Positions 23,295-36,247 of a stretch of 64,000 nt of DNA are shown here, piece after piece. Numbering within the stretch: the first letter of the stretch is position 1; each line of letters begins with the position of its first letter. A program made the position numbers and the translations under genes. The notes below the pieces were generated by a model. That model ran no database searches, was not told where the DNA came from, and was given only the letters and a program-made list of their open reading frames with translations. This DNA comes from Zygnema circumcarinatum SAG 698-1b (Eukaryota; Plantae; Zygnematophyceae), in contig CM074819.1 in assembly GCA_037447605.1 (NCBI GenBank), positions 496,001 through 560,000 on the forward strand, written 5' to 3'.

Positions 23295-24716
23295 GGTTCA
23301 GAATTTAATAAATAAAGGATAAAGGTAAAGAAATTTTTGAAGTCAATGATGGTGAGAATGAAATAGTTGATGACAGTGATGGAATGTAGAAGTCTTTTTT
23401 TTTACAATGACGATTTATTTTTTCTGTCTCGAAAGCGACCTTTAAACTTTTTATAGTTGCCATTCTGTTTAATGCCAATAAATTATTGGCGTTCGGCTAT
23501 TCGGCTGGAAGGAATGGCTATGACTATGGAAGTTGGGCTGTGTATCTCTCTCCCTCTCCCCCTCCCTCTCCCTCCACCTCGCCCTCGCCCTCTCCCTCTC
23601 CCTCTCCCTCTCCCTCTCCCTGTCCCTCCCACTCCCACTCCCTCTCCTTCTCCCTCTCCCTCTCCCTCCCTCTTCCCCTCCCCTCCCTCTCCCCTCCTCC
23701 TCCCCTCCTCCTCCCCTCCCCCTCCCCTCCCCCTCCCCTCCCCTCCTCCTCCCCCCTCCTCCCTCCCCTCCCCCTCCCCCTCCCCTCCCCCTCCCCCTCC
23801 CCCTCCCCTCCCCCTCCCCCTCCCCCTCCCCTCCCTCCCCTCCCCTCCCCTCCCCCTCCCCCTCCCCCTCCCCTCCCCCTCCCCCTCCCTCCCTCCTCCC
23901 TCCCCTCCCCTCCCTCCCCTCCCCCTCCCCCTCCCCTCCCCCTCCTCCTCCCCTCCCCCTCCCCCTCCTCCTCCCTCCCTCCCCTCCCCCTCCCCCTCCC
24001 CTCCCCTCCCCTCCCCCTCCCCTCCTCCCTCCCCTCCCCTCCCCTCCCCTCCCCTCCCCCTCCCCCCTCCCCTCCCCCTCCCCTCCCCCTCCCCCTCCCC
24101 CTCCCCCTCCCCTCCCCCTCCCCCTCCCCCTCCCCCTCCCCTCCCCCTCCCCTCCCCCTCCCCTCCCCCTCCCCCTCCCCCTCCCCCTCCCCTCCCTCCC
24201 CTCCCCCTCCCCCTCCCCTCCCCCTCCCCCTCCCCTCCCCCTCCCCCTCCCCCTCCCCTCCCTCCCCTCCCCTCCCCCTTCCCCTCCCCCTCCCCCTCCC
24301 CTCCCGCTCCCCCTCCCCCTCCCCCTCCCCTCCCGCTCCCCCTCCCCCTCCCCTTCCCCCTCCCCCTCCCCCTCCCCTTCCCCCTCCCCCTCCCCTTCCC
24401 CCTCCCCTCCCCCTTCCTCCCGCTCCCCTCCCCTTCCCCCTCCCCCTCCCCTCCCCCTCCCCTCCCCCTCCCCCTCCCTCCCTCCTCCCTCCCCTCCCCT
24501 CCCTCCCCTCCCCTCCCTCTCCCTCTCCCTCTCCCTCTCCCTCTCCCTCTCCCTCTTCCCCTCCCCTCCCCTCCCCTCCCTCTCCCCTCCTCCTCCCCCT
24601 CCCCCTCCCCCTCCCTCCTCCTCCTCCCCTCCCCCCTCCCCCTCCCCTCCCTCCCTCTCCCTCCACCTCGCCCTCGCCCTCTCCCTCTCCCTCTCCCCTC
24701 CTCCTCCCCCTCCCCC

Positions 24717-25185
24717 TCGCTCCCTCTCTCCCCCTCTCTGCCTCCTCGTGTCCCCCTCGTTTCCAATCACTCTCCCCTCCTTATCCCTCTCCTGGACTCC
24801 ATTTTTATCCCTCCTTCCCCTCCCCCTCCCCCTCGCTCCCTCTCTCCCCTCTCTGCCTCCTCGTGTCCCCCTCGTTTCCTATCACTCTCCCCTCCTTATC
24901 CCTCTCCTGGACTCCATTTTTATCCCTCCTTCCCCTCCCCCTCCCCTCCCCTCCCCCTCCCCCTCGCTCCCTCTCTCCCCCTCTCTGCCTCCTCGTGTCC
25001 CCCTCGTTTCCTATCACTCTCCCCTCCTTATCCCTCTCCTGGACTCCATTTTTATCCCTCCTTCCCCTCCCCCTCCCCCTCGCTCCCTCTCTCCCCCTCT
25101 CTGCCTCCTCGTGTCCCCCTCGTTTCCTATCACTCTCCCCTCCTTATCCCTCTCCTGGACTCCATTTTTATCCCTCCTTCCCCTC
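24717..25185. repeat. Tandem repeat of ~115-130 bp, 4 copies, pyrimidine-rich
   Basis: The unit containing CTCGTGTCCCCCTCGTTTCC.ATCACTCTCCCCTCCTTATCCCTCTCCTGGACTCCATTTTTATCC occurs four times. Confidence 0.85.
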
Positions 25186-25714
25186 CCCCCTATCCCTCTC
25201 CCACTCCTCTCCTCTACCCCCACCCCCTCTACCTCTAGCACTTCCCTTGCCCCCATCCCCCTTTGCCTTCTAGAGAGGCTGCTCTCTCTCTCTCGCTTCA
25301 AACCACAGCAGACTGGACCTTACTTTTCCCTTTCAATATGTGGGGCCTGCACGGCTCAAGCGAGTCTCCCTGACAGAGAGAGAAGAAGGGCGAGGTGGGA
25401 GAGAGCCCACAGCATGTGGTGAGAGGGGGAGAGAGAAGGGGAGGGAGGGAGAGCGGAAGGAGGGAGAGCGGCAGTAATGAGGGAGGGAGGGAGGGAGGAA
25501 AGAGATGGAACGAGCGTGGGAGTGGGACCGAGAGGGAGACCATCATTGCCATTATATATGTACCAGTTCAGTTTTCCAGTATCAAGAACATAACATGGAG
25601 ATGTCATATAAGCAACACTGTACCGCGTGCAAACTGTACGGTCGTTACTTGTACGGAAAACGTACGGTCGATGTGTACGGCACAAAAACGTAAAAATGTG
25701 AAATGTACGAATTC

Positions 25715-26271
25715 GTTCTACCGTGCTCACCGTGATGCAGCCGACGAGTTTGTTCCTATGGCTATTGAGATTTTTGGTTGCCTCGACACCCGTTTGGATA
25801 CCTTCCTTCGCCAGTGCGCCCATCGCTCCTTCGAGATGCACGGCCCCGAAAGGAAGCCCTCCTCCGGCGATCTTGGCTACTTGGCTACTTTTTATCGACA
25901 AAGCATTTCCATTTTTTTTTTTTTTTTTTTTTTTTTTTNNNNNNNNNNTTTTTTTTTTTTTTTTTTTTTTTTTTTCCGCATTTCCGTCGCCCTTCAGCGT
26001 TGCCTCACTTCTACGCTTCTTCGGCGTGAAGCTGCGGTTGTTGATGACCGTATTGGTGGACTTTCGCCGCTCCCTCCTTGTGATGTGCCTCACATCGGTG
26101 ACCTTCGCGGTTTCTTTTATGGGCTGCGTTGTGCGCCTAGGCGTAGTTTTCCGCTCTTAGCTCTTTTCTATTGTGCGTAGGTCCTTTGCGACCAGTCCCT
26201 CGTGGTTCCACATCATGCTTTGGTCCATGTACAGTACATTTGATGGCCTCGCCATCGCGAGTTCAATGAAA
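25715..26271 (+). mobile_element. 5'-truncated non-LTR retrotransposon of the REL-endonuclease type (CRE/NeSL/R2-like): ORF C-terminus and 3' UTR
   Basis: Peptide FVPMAIEIFGCLD...RQSISVALQR resembles the C-terminal F.P...E..G / R.SVALQR motifs of REL-type elements (recalled knowledge). The 3' end has stem-loop GATGGC-CTC-GCCATC followed by GCGAGTTCAATGAAA, and related ends recur elsewhere in the window. Confidence 0.6.
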
Positions 26272-27952
26272 TTTCCTTACTTCAGTTGAATCTACGGATA
26301 ATTGTACAGCACAAAATGTACGGCCCAATGATGCGACGGTACGGACAGGCGTAGTTCCGCAAGTGCGAATTTTTTTTGACAGCGCAAAGCAAGCTTCACC
26401 CTGAGGCTTCGCAGAAACCACGAGTGGCCCAAAACGACAAAACGAGAGGCCGCCATCCCGGAAACGCGCTGGCACTGCCACGTTGGCTGCAGAACCACAA
26501 TCAATGCCGTACATAGCCTTGGATGTTAGCAAACCGACGAAGAATGACAAGACAAACAACTGAATTTGAGACTGCCAGCACAGCACCCTTCGGTAATATG
26601 TGACGATTGCACTTGAGTGTCGTTTTCTAGTCAAGCCCGCAAGTGGCCAAATTGCACATGGCCTCCAGATCTCGGATCTGGTCGGCTCCTGACAATCATT
26701 TTGTCGTACCTGCCATGTGCGATAGATGGCCAGTCGTAGGCAAGTGGCAAATCATGATCATATCAGATCTCCCAAAACGACAAAAGTCGGTGGCAGCCAA
26801 CTTGCGTTCCACTCATTACGATGGCGTGTCTTGTAGGATGCGCCAAAACGCATTGATGACCGATAGTACGGTAAAAAACTGCCGTTGTATGGCAAATCTC
26901 CTTGCGTGAAACTGACCTGCAACTATATGTTTAAAATCCTTCGAATCCGTAAAAGTAATTCACAGCCGAACAGGTCCAAGCATTGGATCTAGCCACGGAA
27001 GGTAGCAACCATAGGTTGCCAACGATTAGCGGTATTGCCAATGGTTGGCAACCATTGCCACTTCCTCACTGCCACTCTGTTCTAACGGTTCCTCCTCTCC
27101 CACTACACCCCTCACTTCTCTCCGCTTTGTCCCCTTCTGTAGCCCACTCCCTCCCTCCCTTCCACCCTTATTCCCGCCTTTCCCAGCTTCTCCTCCTGTC
27201 TCTCTCCCTCCCTCCGCTCAGCTACCTCCCTCCCTCCCTTGCCTTCCCTTCCCTCCCCACTTCCCACCTGTCCCAACTGCCCCTCCTCTCTCTCACCCTC
27301 CCTCCCTCCAATCCTTTGCCTCCCTCAGTTCCCTCCTCTCCCTCCCTCCCCTCTTCCCACCTGTGCCACCTTCCCCTCCTCTCTCTCTCCCTCCCTCCCT
27401 CTCACCCCCCTCTCCCTGCCTCCCCACTTCCTAGCTGTCCCACCTTCCTCTCCTCTCTCTCTCTCCCTCCCTCCCTCTCACCCCCCTCTCCCTGCCTCCC
27501 CACTTCCTAGCTGTCCCACCTTCCTCTCCTCTCTCTCTCTCCCTCCCTCCCTCCCTCTCTCCCTCTCTCCCTTCCTCTCCCTCCTCCCCCCCCTCCCCCT
27601 CCTTTCCCTTCTCCACCTTCGCACGTCGAACACACATTACCCTGAAACTCTCCTTTTATTCACACTCCATTCAAGTCAAATGTATAGCCATCCATCCAGG
27701 CACACCCTGAACCCTATCCTAATCTTCCTCTATTCAACTATTTCTAAAACCCTAAAGAGAAAAAGAATGTAAAGATAAAAGAAAACTAAAGTATGATCTG
27801 CCGTACCTGAAAAAACCTATCACTATCACTATCTGGCTATCACTGACAAGGAAAACTAACCGCAGAGCTCAGCCCCGGATACATGGGCACAGTAAAACTA
27901 AACATGTAACTGAAACTAGAACTATGACAGAACGGAAACGACCATGGAACTG

Positions 27953-29287
27953 TCACTCTCTCCTCTCGTACTGCCCAAAGAAACTATTCACATGTGACGC
28001 CTCAATTTCACCGTAATTGAACGGAATGTCTGCAAAATCCGTAATTCTCAAACTGTCGCCTCCCCCGAGAAGCGCTAAAGGGTCGAAATTCGACCCATTG
28101 TCCGACCTAAAATTAGGGCAAATGATAGAGCTATTCTTTGATCCTAGAATAGAAAACTCGTCTGAATTACTAGTAGGGCAATTTCCGCTAGAGCTGGACT
28201 GTACGGAAGAAGGGACATGCATGTACGGCAGCCATGGCTGCTCCATCTCCGAAACCCGAACTGAGCCTTCCTGAGCCTCTGAGAGAGGGGAGAGAGAGGA
28301 GAGAGGGGCGACGGAAGAGGGAGGAGAGTGGGGGGAGAGCGAGGAGCGAGGACAGAGAGGAGACTGGGAGGAGAGAGAGGAGAGAGGGGAGAGAGAGGAG
28401 AGAGTGGAGAAATTGAGGAGAGAGAGAGGGAAGGGAGAGGTTTCAGTAGCCATAACAAGCACGCTCAAGGCTTCCAAGTTGCTGGAATCCATGAACTCCT
28501 CTACCTCCTCCGAATTCTGCACTCCCCCTCTCTCCCTCTCTGCTCCCTCTCCCTCCCTTTCCTCCATAACCTGTGGCTGAGACATCCTCTGTATCCATGC
28601 TGAAGACTCAACGGAATTCAGTTCTGTTCCATAACTGTGCTCCGTCGCACATAAATCCCTGTTGGGAGCTTCCAGAACCTCTGAAATTGAAGTGTCTAAC
28701 TCCGAAATTTGGCCCTCTCTCACAGTCAACCCTCCTCTCTCTCCCTCCAAAAGGGAACTTGAAGGAGAAGGTAAGCTTCCTTCTTGATATCCATGTCTTC
28801 CGTGGCTAAAGGGAACAATACTCCCCATCGAAAAATCGGCCACTTGGGAGCTTCCTCCAGTCGGCATAGATTCCATAGGCTTCAAATTCCCAAAAGCCCC
28901 ATTTCCCATATGGGGTTCAGGGACCTGCATTGTACGGATATGTAGAGAGGGTCCGTACGGGTGTACGGATGTTGGATGTTGATGTTGGTTTTGAGGGGGG
29001 TTAGAAAAAGCGAAACCCTGATTTGGGTTTTGCAGAGCCACTGCAGCTGCTTGACTAAGGAGAAGCTTTGTGGGTCTTTTTGAGGAAAGGAGGGGAAATA
29101 TGAGCTGGTGATTGTGCTTTTCCGGATACTGAATGTGAAGCTTGAGGGGCGCATCTTTGTGGAATTCCACAGTGCGTTTTCCGGGACACTTGGCCTCCTT
29201 GAAGAGACTGCACTTGTAGTAGTATCTGGAAAAGGAAAGGGGGGAAAGAAGAGAGAGGAGAGGAGGGAGAAGGGGGCAGACAGAGAG

Positions 29288-29348
<61 letters not shown>

Positions 29349-30756
29349 GAGAGGCAGATGGAAATACGGGGGTAGTGTGAGAATAAGGGGGAGGATAAAG
29401 GGTCTCGCTCACTCGCTCGCTTCGTAATTCTCTCTGCCCTCCCTCGTCCCTCCCTCTCTCCATCCCTTCCTCCGTCGCTCCGTCCGTACGTCCGTATTTC
29501 CCTCCCTTCCCCCTCATCCCCCCACCTCGCCCATCTCCCCCCCCCCCTACCACTTTCCCTGCCCTTCCTACCTCTCCGTCCCTTCCACCCTCCCTCACCT
29601 ACTCCCTCCCTCCCCCTCTTCCATCGTTCTCCCTCCCTCCCTACCCTAACTAGTAATCCCTCCCTCCATCCCTCCCCTCCATCCCTCCTTTCCCTCCCTC
29701 CCCTCCCTCCCTCCCTCCCTCCCTCTCTTCTATCGTTCTCCCTCCCTCCCTACCCTAACTAGTAATCCCTCCCTCCATCCCTCCCTCCATCCCTCCCTCC
29801 CTTCCTCCCTCCCTCCCTCCCTCCCTCCCTCCCCTCTTCCATCGTTCTCCCTCCCTCCCTACCCTAACTAGTAATCCCTCCCTCCATCCCTCCCCTCCAT
29901 CCCTCCCTCCCTTCCTCCCTCCCTCCTTCCCTCCCTCCCTCACCTGATGATGGAGGTCCCCTTGATGTGCTTTTGTCCGTACTTCTGCCAAAGGCACCCA
30001 TCGTTCGGAATGTCCAGTCGCCGCCTCGCCCTCCTTCTGCTTCCACACCATTACACAAACAAATAATACTTCAGTTCTCTAACACATATGTGTGTGTGTG
30101 TGTGTGTGTGTGTGTTATATCGTTCTACTTCAGCCAGTTTCATAAACAAAACTTAACACAACACTAGACTCAAACCCTACAACCCCTACAAATCCTAAAC
30201 CCTTCCAACCCACGGAACCATTCAACTCCTTCACTTCTTCTTCTCCAAGAAAGGTAGCAACCCTAAAACACCAATTTGCTCAACGCCTTGTCTCTCCTCT
30301 CACTCCGCTCTCTCCTCTCTCCTCTTTCTTCACTCTCCTCTCTCACCTCTCTCCCCTCTCTGTCCTCTCTCTCCTCCCTCTCCTCTCTCACCACTCTCCT
30401 CTCTCCTCTCTATCCTCTCGCCTCTCTCGCCTCCCTCACATCTCTCCCCTCTTCCCTTTCTCCCCTCTCTCTCCTTTCTCTCCTCTCTCCTCTCTCTCCT
30501 CTCGTCTCTCTCCCGTCGCTCCCCTCTCTCCCCACTCTCCCCTCTCTCTCCTCTCTCTCCTCTCCCTCTCCCTCTCCCTCTCCCTCTCTCCTCACCTTTT
30601 CGGAGCGGCTCCATGCAGCTCCTTCGCTGCCTCCTCTTCCGTTTTCTCCGTTCCGTCGCTCTCCACGCTGTCCCCTCCGCTCGTTTCGTCCAGTTCTACG
30701 GATTCCGGCTGTGCGCCGACCTGCCCGATGTGCTCCGTTGGGCTGTCCGCCTCCAT
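27953..30756 (-). CDS. WRKY: Atypical WRKY transcription factor A (WQKYGQK; C-X7-C-X23-H-X-H)
   Basis: Exons 30756-30596, 30036-29944, 29225-27953 with phase-2 introns. Domain: LDIPNDGCLWQKYGQKHIKGTSIIR|YYYKCSLFKEAKCPGKRTVEFHKDAPLKLHIQYPEKHNH. The intron lies in the Arg codon as in R-type WRKY introns. Confidence 0.92.
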
Positions 30757-33700
30757 GTGCCCGACAGCAGTTTTCAGTTCCGTAGGGTGCGACTGAACGG
30801 AGAAAGAAGAAGAATGTTTTGCAATTTCGCGGTCTGCAAAAAAGGAGAATTCAAATCAGAACCAAAAAGAAAGAAGATGACACATAATAAGTCGGTGTGG
30901 ATCCCTCCCCCACTCTCTTTTTCTTTCGCTTCTCTCTCTCTATCTTCCCCACCTCTCTCTCTCCCCCTGTTCCGGAGTTTCCGTACTGTCTAACTATACC
31001 GTCTCTCTCCCGCTACCATTCCCACCATCTCCTTATCCTTCCTCTCACCTTCTTCGTACTCTCTCTCCCTTATGAACTCCCTACCTATCTCCCAATCCCT
31101 CCCTCCCTCCCTCCATCCCTCCCTCCCTCCCTCTTTCCCTCCCTCCCTCTTTCCCTCCCTCCCTTCCCCCGATCCCTCCCNNNNNNNNNNTCTCTCCTCT
31201 CCTCCCTTTCCTCCCCATTCTCTACATCTCCATAAACCTATCACTCTCTTTATCACCATTCGCCAGCCCTCTCGCCATCTCCTTCTCCTTTGCTACCTCT
31301 TTCCGTCTCTCCCCCACCCCCTTAATTTCTACATCTCTACGCCTATCAAACAATATAAATTTCCCTTTCCCTCTCTTTCCCTCTTCACCCTCCACCTCTC
31401 TCTCATATCCTTCTCCCTCCCTCCCCCCCCTCCTCTCTCCCTCCCTCCCTTACCTTTCTCACTCCTGCGCTCCCTCTCCCCCGCGATCCCTCGCTTCTCC
31501 TCCCTCTCTCCATTCCCCATCGCTGACTCTCTCCCTCCATCCTATACCTTTCTGTCTGAATCCCTCCCTCTCTCTCTTCCTGCTCCCTATCCTCCTCCCT
31601 CATTACCCACTCTCTCCATCTTTATACCTATATTTCTCCATCCCTCTCCCTCTTTCCCTCCACATCCCCATCCCTCCCCCTCGCCTTCCCTCCCTGTCCC
31701 TTCCTCCCTCCCTCCCTCCCTCCCTCCCTNNNNNNNNNNTCCCCATCCCTCCCCCTCTCCCTCCCTCCCTCTCACCCATCCTCCCTCCCTCTCTCCCTCT
31801 CTCCCTCCCTCCCTTACCTCTCTATCGCCGTCCCGCTCCCTCCGTGCCTCCTTTGTCGACTTCGTCGCCTCCCTCCCCTCACCGCCTCCTCTTAGCCCCC
31901 CCTCTGTCTGTATTCTCCGTCCGTATGCCAATTTCACGGCGGACGGGCCGCGGCTGCACGCATCTTGAATCGAACGGCGGACCGCTCGCCCCTCCCGTGA
32001 CTGCCCTCCTCGCGCGATCTCTGCCGTCCCTCGCATGTGCGGCTCTGCAACTTGGCAAATTGGGCGAGACTTCCCGATCCACGCGTGTCGTTTTCTGAGA
32101 CATTCGCCCGTGTGGCGCTTGGAATTGCGGAACCGACCACGCATCGGCATGACGCGTGTCCGATGGTTCGATCCAACGGTTATGGATGGCCCAGAACTTG
32201 GAGGCTAGTTGGCAACTTGTGCATAACGACGACAAAAGTCTTGTCGGTGCGTTGATTGTTTGTACGGCCTAAGTGTACGGTTCAAAGTGATTTGGAAAAT
32301 TGTACAGATAAATCAGATGCGATGAGCTGTCTCTTGACTGGCCGTGAGCATAAAAGACAAACGTTAAGCTGTCGTTTCGGAAAATGTTGGTGTAACCGTA
32401 CATTTTATTGTCTGTTTGTGGTCATCCTAGCCCTTTGTCTGGACCGACATTTTTTTCACTTGTACTTGCCATGTGCTTCGGAAAGGTGACCGCCGCGACA
32501 AGTGTCAAGCGCAGATGCGCCGACGATTCTGTCTGCTTGCAAATGGACAACTTGCAGAGCGGACAAATTCTGCAAATGTCGGTGAAATTTTACAAACCGA
32601 CAAAATATCGGTGCCTGCAAGTGGGCTCTAAACTTGACGACTTTCTGCAGTTCGTCAATTTTTGAAAAACCTTTCTTGCGCCCGGTGGTGCATCCACCAA
32701 TGGCTGCATGGCACATCATCGTCGGCGTTGACTCTGACCTATTTTGGCCAATCACGATTGGCTGAAAACGCTTGACTGGATGCTCGCATACATTACAAAA
32801 ACGGGAAATTTCAAAATTAAAAGAGGAAAAAAGACGGGTTTTCAAGGTCGTCCAAAGGTAGAAAAGTTTTAGTCGTTTGGTTAGTTTTGATTGGCTAAAT
32901 AATGGTTAGTTAATGGCCTCTTTAACCATTCTTGGTGATTGTTCATTTGCCTGCTCACAGCTTTTTAGTCAGTGTAGTCAAGCCACGAGTTGACCCCCAA
33001 ATACGACAAGGATTATTGTGCGCGACGTCTTGACGTACAGTACTGTACATCATTTTTATTAGCGGTTTGAAAAACGACAAATCTCTACGATGTGACATCG
33101 TCACGCGGTGCCCCTCTGCCATTCGCAGGCTTCCACGTGTCCGTGATGGAGTGGGAACCGCCCCGTTCGCGTCGCGACAAAACCTGTCGTGGCCCTCAGT
33201 GCCGATCACGGTTAAACTGGAAGCGTTGGAACATGGAGACGCTTGGGATTGGTGTACGGCACATGTTTGGAATAGCCACGTGTACGGCCTCGTGTTCGGC
33301 AGTTCCATGTGACTTGTTACAAAAAAATTGGACAGTATTTTATTCAGATGCATGGAGACGACACGTGTCAAGCGACTGGGACATCTCAAGAAAGGACAAC
33401 TCAGTCGCAGTTAAGCGTTTCGTTTGTCCCGCACGCCAACTGTAGCAGTCTTTGCATGGCACCGATGTTCGTTTCTGTCGTGGGTCTTCGACATGAACTG
33501 AACTGGGACAAGGACATAGAACTTGCAGCCCCACTGACATCAAAGAGAGACGAGGGAGGAGAGAGGATAGAGGGATAAGGAGAGTGGAAGCGAATGGGGA
33601 GAGATAGAGGGGGATAGAGAGAGAGAGAGAGACAAAGAGGGGGGGAGTTGGAGAGAGAGAGGAGACTTGCGAGAAATTGGACGGCTGATGACAGCCGGCA

Positions 33701-34068
33701 GGGCGCCCATCTCGCAGATACCGCCAACGAGATGGCGCCACGTGGCAGGTCGCGAAACGGGACAACAAACTGGGCCCGTCTGCAAGCGTGACATGACGTC
33801 AGCAAAGTTGCACATTACATCATCACAAGTGGCCTACCAGGTTGTATCCGAACGCGACCGGGTGCCGAGGGCACTGTCGTTTGAGGGGTAGTCAAATATC
33901 GACATATCGAAATATCGACATATCGAAATATCGCCGGCATAGCGGTTGTGGCTGACAGAAAGCGCACGCTCTTTCAAACTTGAATATGGACGGCAGCATC
34001 GGTGGCCGGCGGAAATACGACAATGACGCAGGCATCGTCAAGTAAGGGAATTCCCATAAAACGCAAAC

Positions 34069-34201
34069 TTTCATTGAACTCGCGATGGCGAGGCCATCAA
34101 ATTTACATGGATAAAGGCAAAATGTGGAACCACGAAGGACTGGTCACAAAGGACCGAAACACAATAAAACGAAGCTAGGAGCGGAAAACTACGCCTAGGC
34201 A
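34069..34201 (-). mobile_element. 3' end fragment of the REL-type retrotransposon family
   Basis: Reverse complement closely matches ~26136-26271, including GATGGCCTCGCCATCGCGAGTTCAATGAAA. Confidence 0.8.
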
Positions 34202-34272
34202 TAAAACCCGTTTTTAACTCCTTTAACTCCATTAAATTTTTAACTCCATTTTTAACTCCACTTTTGAGTGGA

Positions 34273-34449
34273 GCCGCCGTACATCGGCGACCTTCGCGGC
34301 TGCTTCTAGTGCCGTGTTGTTGAGCCTAAAAGTAGATTCCCGTTTCGAGGCTTTCTCTTTGTCCTTATGTCCATTGTGACCGCTTCCTATGGTTCCCTAT
34401 GTCGATTTTATCCATGTACATTTGATGGCCTTGCCATCGTGAGTTCAAT
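34273..34449 (+). mobile_element. 3' end fragment of the REL-type retrotransposon family, including the ORF stop
   Basis: CCGTACATCGGCGACCTTCGCGGCTGCTTCTAG (PYIGDLRGCF*) matches PHIGDLRGFF at ~26087. It ends with GATGGCCTTGCCATCGTGAGTTCAAT. Confidence 0.75.
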
Positions 34450-34523
34450 CAGACATCCTTTCCTTTTGAGTTTCGTTCAAGGGAATTAAGGGAGATCTGA
34501 ACGTTTCCTGTACCTTGTTTGTA

Positions 34524-35013
34524 CAGTAGGGGGTCCTCATATTTTCCACCCCATCAGTGCGTTCCCAAGAAATTCGCCCCGATTTTGCCGAAACCACTTT
34601 TTTGTACGGTAACTTTGTGTTAGCCGTACTATTTGGACTATCCGTACTAGTCGTACTAGCCGTACTTCACTAAGGTTACTGTCCGTACTGTCCGTACTGT
34701 TCATACTGTTCGTACTATCTGTACTAGCCGTTACGGGCAAAACTCACCGAATCTTCCCGCCCGTGCCACCGTAAGAGGCGCTCACTCCTCTCCCCTTTTT
34801 CTTGGCTTCGATACGGCACGATACGATACGGTACGATATTGTGAGTTGCGGTACGATGCGGCACGGTATGGTACGGTACGATATGTACGAACCTACATGA
34901 ACTCTAACATAATACCGCCCGCCTATTGGTAACACGAACCTTATGTTTGCAAAATCAAGATTTTCGCCCCATATTTGCCAAAACCATGGCGAAAGTATGA
35001 GGACCCCCTACTG
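34524..35013. mobile_element. Tc1/mariner-type MITE, 490 bp
   Basis: Perfect 18-bp TIR CAGTAGGGGGTCCTCATA / TATGAGGACCCCCTACTG, flanked by TA on both sides (34522-34523, 35014-35015). Confidence 0.85.
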
Positions 35014-35307
35014 TATTCGTACTATTTTTGTACTATTGTTTGACTTTCTTTGTACTTTGGACGAAGTTTTTGTCTCATTGTAGCGATTCGAATGTCATCC
35101 CATCATGATTATCTCCACCAGTGGGCACACCCACTAATGTTTCTCACCATAAGGAGTGGCTGCATAGAGAATCCATGAACATCACCAATGCTTCAAGGAC
35201 CAACTCGCCGGTCAACCAATGGCAATGCCAACCAATGAACGTTACGCATGAGCCCTTCAACTGAGAAGCGCACACAAGGCCTGTTGTTGAGTCCGAGCAG
35301 TGACCCT

Positions 35308-35403
35308 GTGTAATAAACCCGCCTACAACAGGGTTTGAAGTATAGACCTTCAGGGACCCACAGGTCTAGTGTTCAAACCCTGCTGTAGGCGGGTTTGTTA
35401 CAC
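35308..35403. ncRNA. 96-nt foldback hairpin, candidate pre-miRNA or miniature foldback element
   Basis: Arms 35308-35349 and 35362-35403 pair over 42 positions with one G-U, one A-C mismatch and a 3x3 internal loop. The terminal loop is 12 nt. No expression evidence. Confidence 0.45.
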
Positions 35404-36247
35404 CTTGAGTGTTAGTGCTGGATCTCCTTGCAGATCTGTAGTGACAGACATTTCAAAGAGAGAAGAGAATGCACAGAAACAAAGCACTCACTGCAATTCT
35501 TTGGAGAAAGCCCTGCAGCCTAAAACCCCATTAAGAATAATTAAGGATGGTTACAAGTGATGAGTCTGGCACTCAACCCTACTCTATCATCTAAACCCTT
35601 CCTCTAATCCCAATAAACATGCCTGAGCTATCCAAGCTCCAACCTCCTCTACTTAGGGTTTTTAGGCCTAAACCTAAACCAGGCCTGCAACGCTAATTGC
35701 CAAGTGGCAGCCCCGGATTGGCTGCCTCGGTCGGCTCAGCCAACCGGTGGTCATCCCGTGCTACCAGCAAAACAACAAGGGATATTTTTCAGAAAATCCC
35801 GTATGTGACTATGCCTGCAATGTTCTCGGTCACAGCCGATACGCCGACGATGTAGCGATGTATCACTGAGCTTTCATCGCAACACGACAAAATGACCGTT
35901 CATGTCCGCGCCATCAGTGCCAGTGGCGACGGGTCGGCGGCTTCTGATTGGTCGACATAATTTTTTGCTGTCATGTCTGTCTGCGAAGAACCACATTGTA
36001 ATTATTATGAATATAAATATTTCAAATTAGGCTACTTCAAGGTCGACAGAACTTTTCCTTCCCTGTCAGGTGCGCCTATTTGTAATACTATATTTAAAAA
36101 TAAATGGAGGGAAAAAGAATTTGCCAAAATAAAATTTGAGTTCGATTTGCGGTCGCCGCTCCGACGACAAAAATTCGATCGGTCCGATGTTCACACGCTT
36201 CGCGGGGAAGTTGCCGGCGCCCAGAAACGACAAGCGCCGGAGGGACC

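Noticed and set aside
25308-25420. Possible extra exons at ~23459-23541 and ~25309-25419
   Set aside because: Plausible splice sites exist, but there is no recognisable peptide or consistent frame. They could be UTR exons of the F-box gene.
23457-25422. Long ORFs of 400-630 aa (poly-Pro/Ser/Leu or Gly/Glu/Arg), and similar ones at 17638-18973, 49113-50313 and 58381-59787
   Set aside because: They are open in several frames on both strands because CT/GA repeats lack stop codons, and no domain is present.
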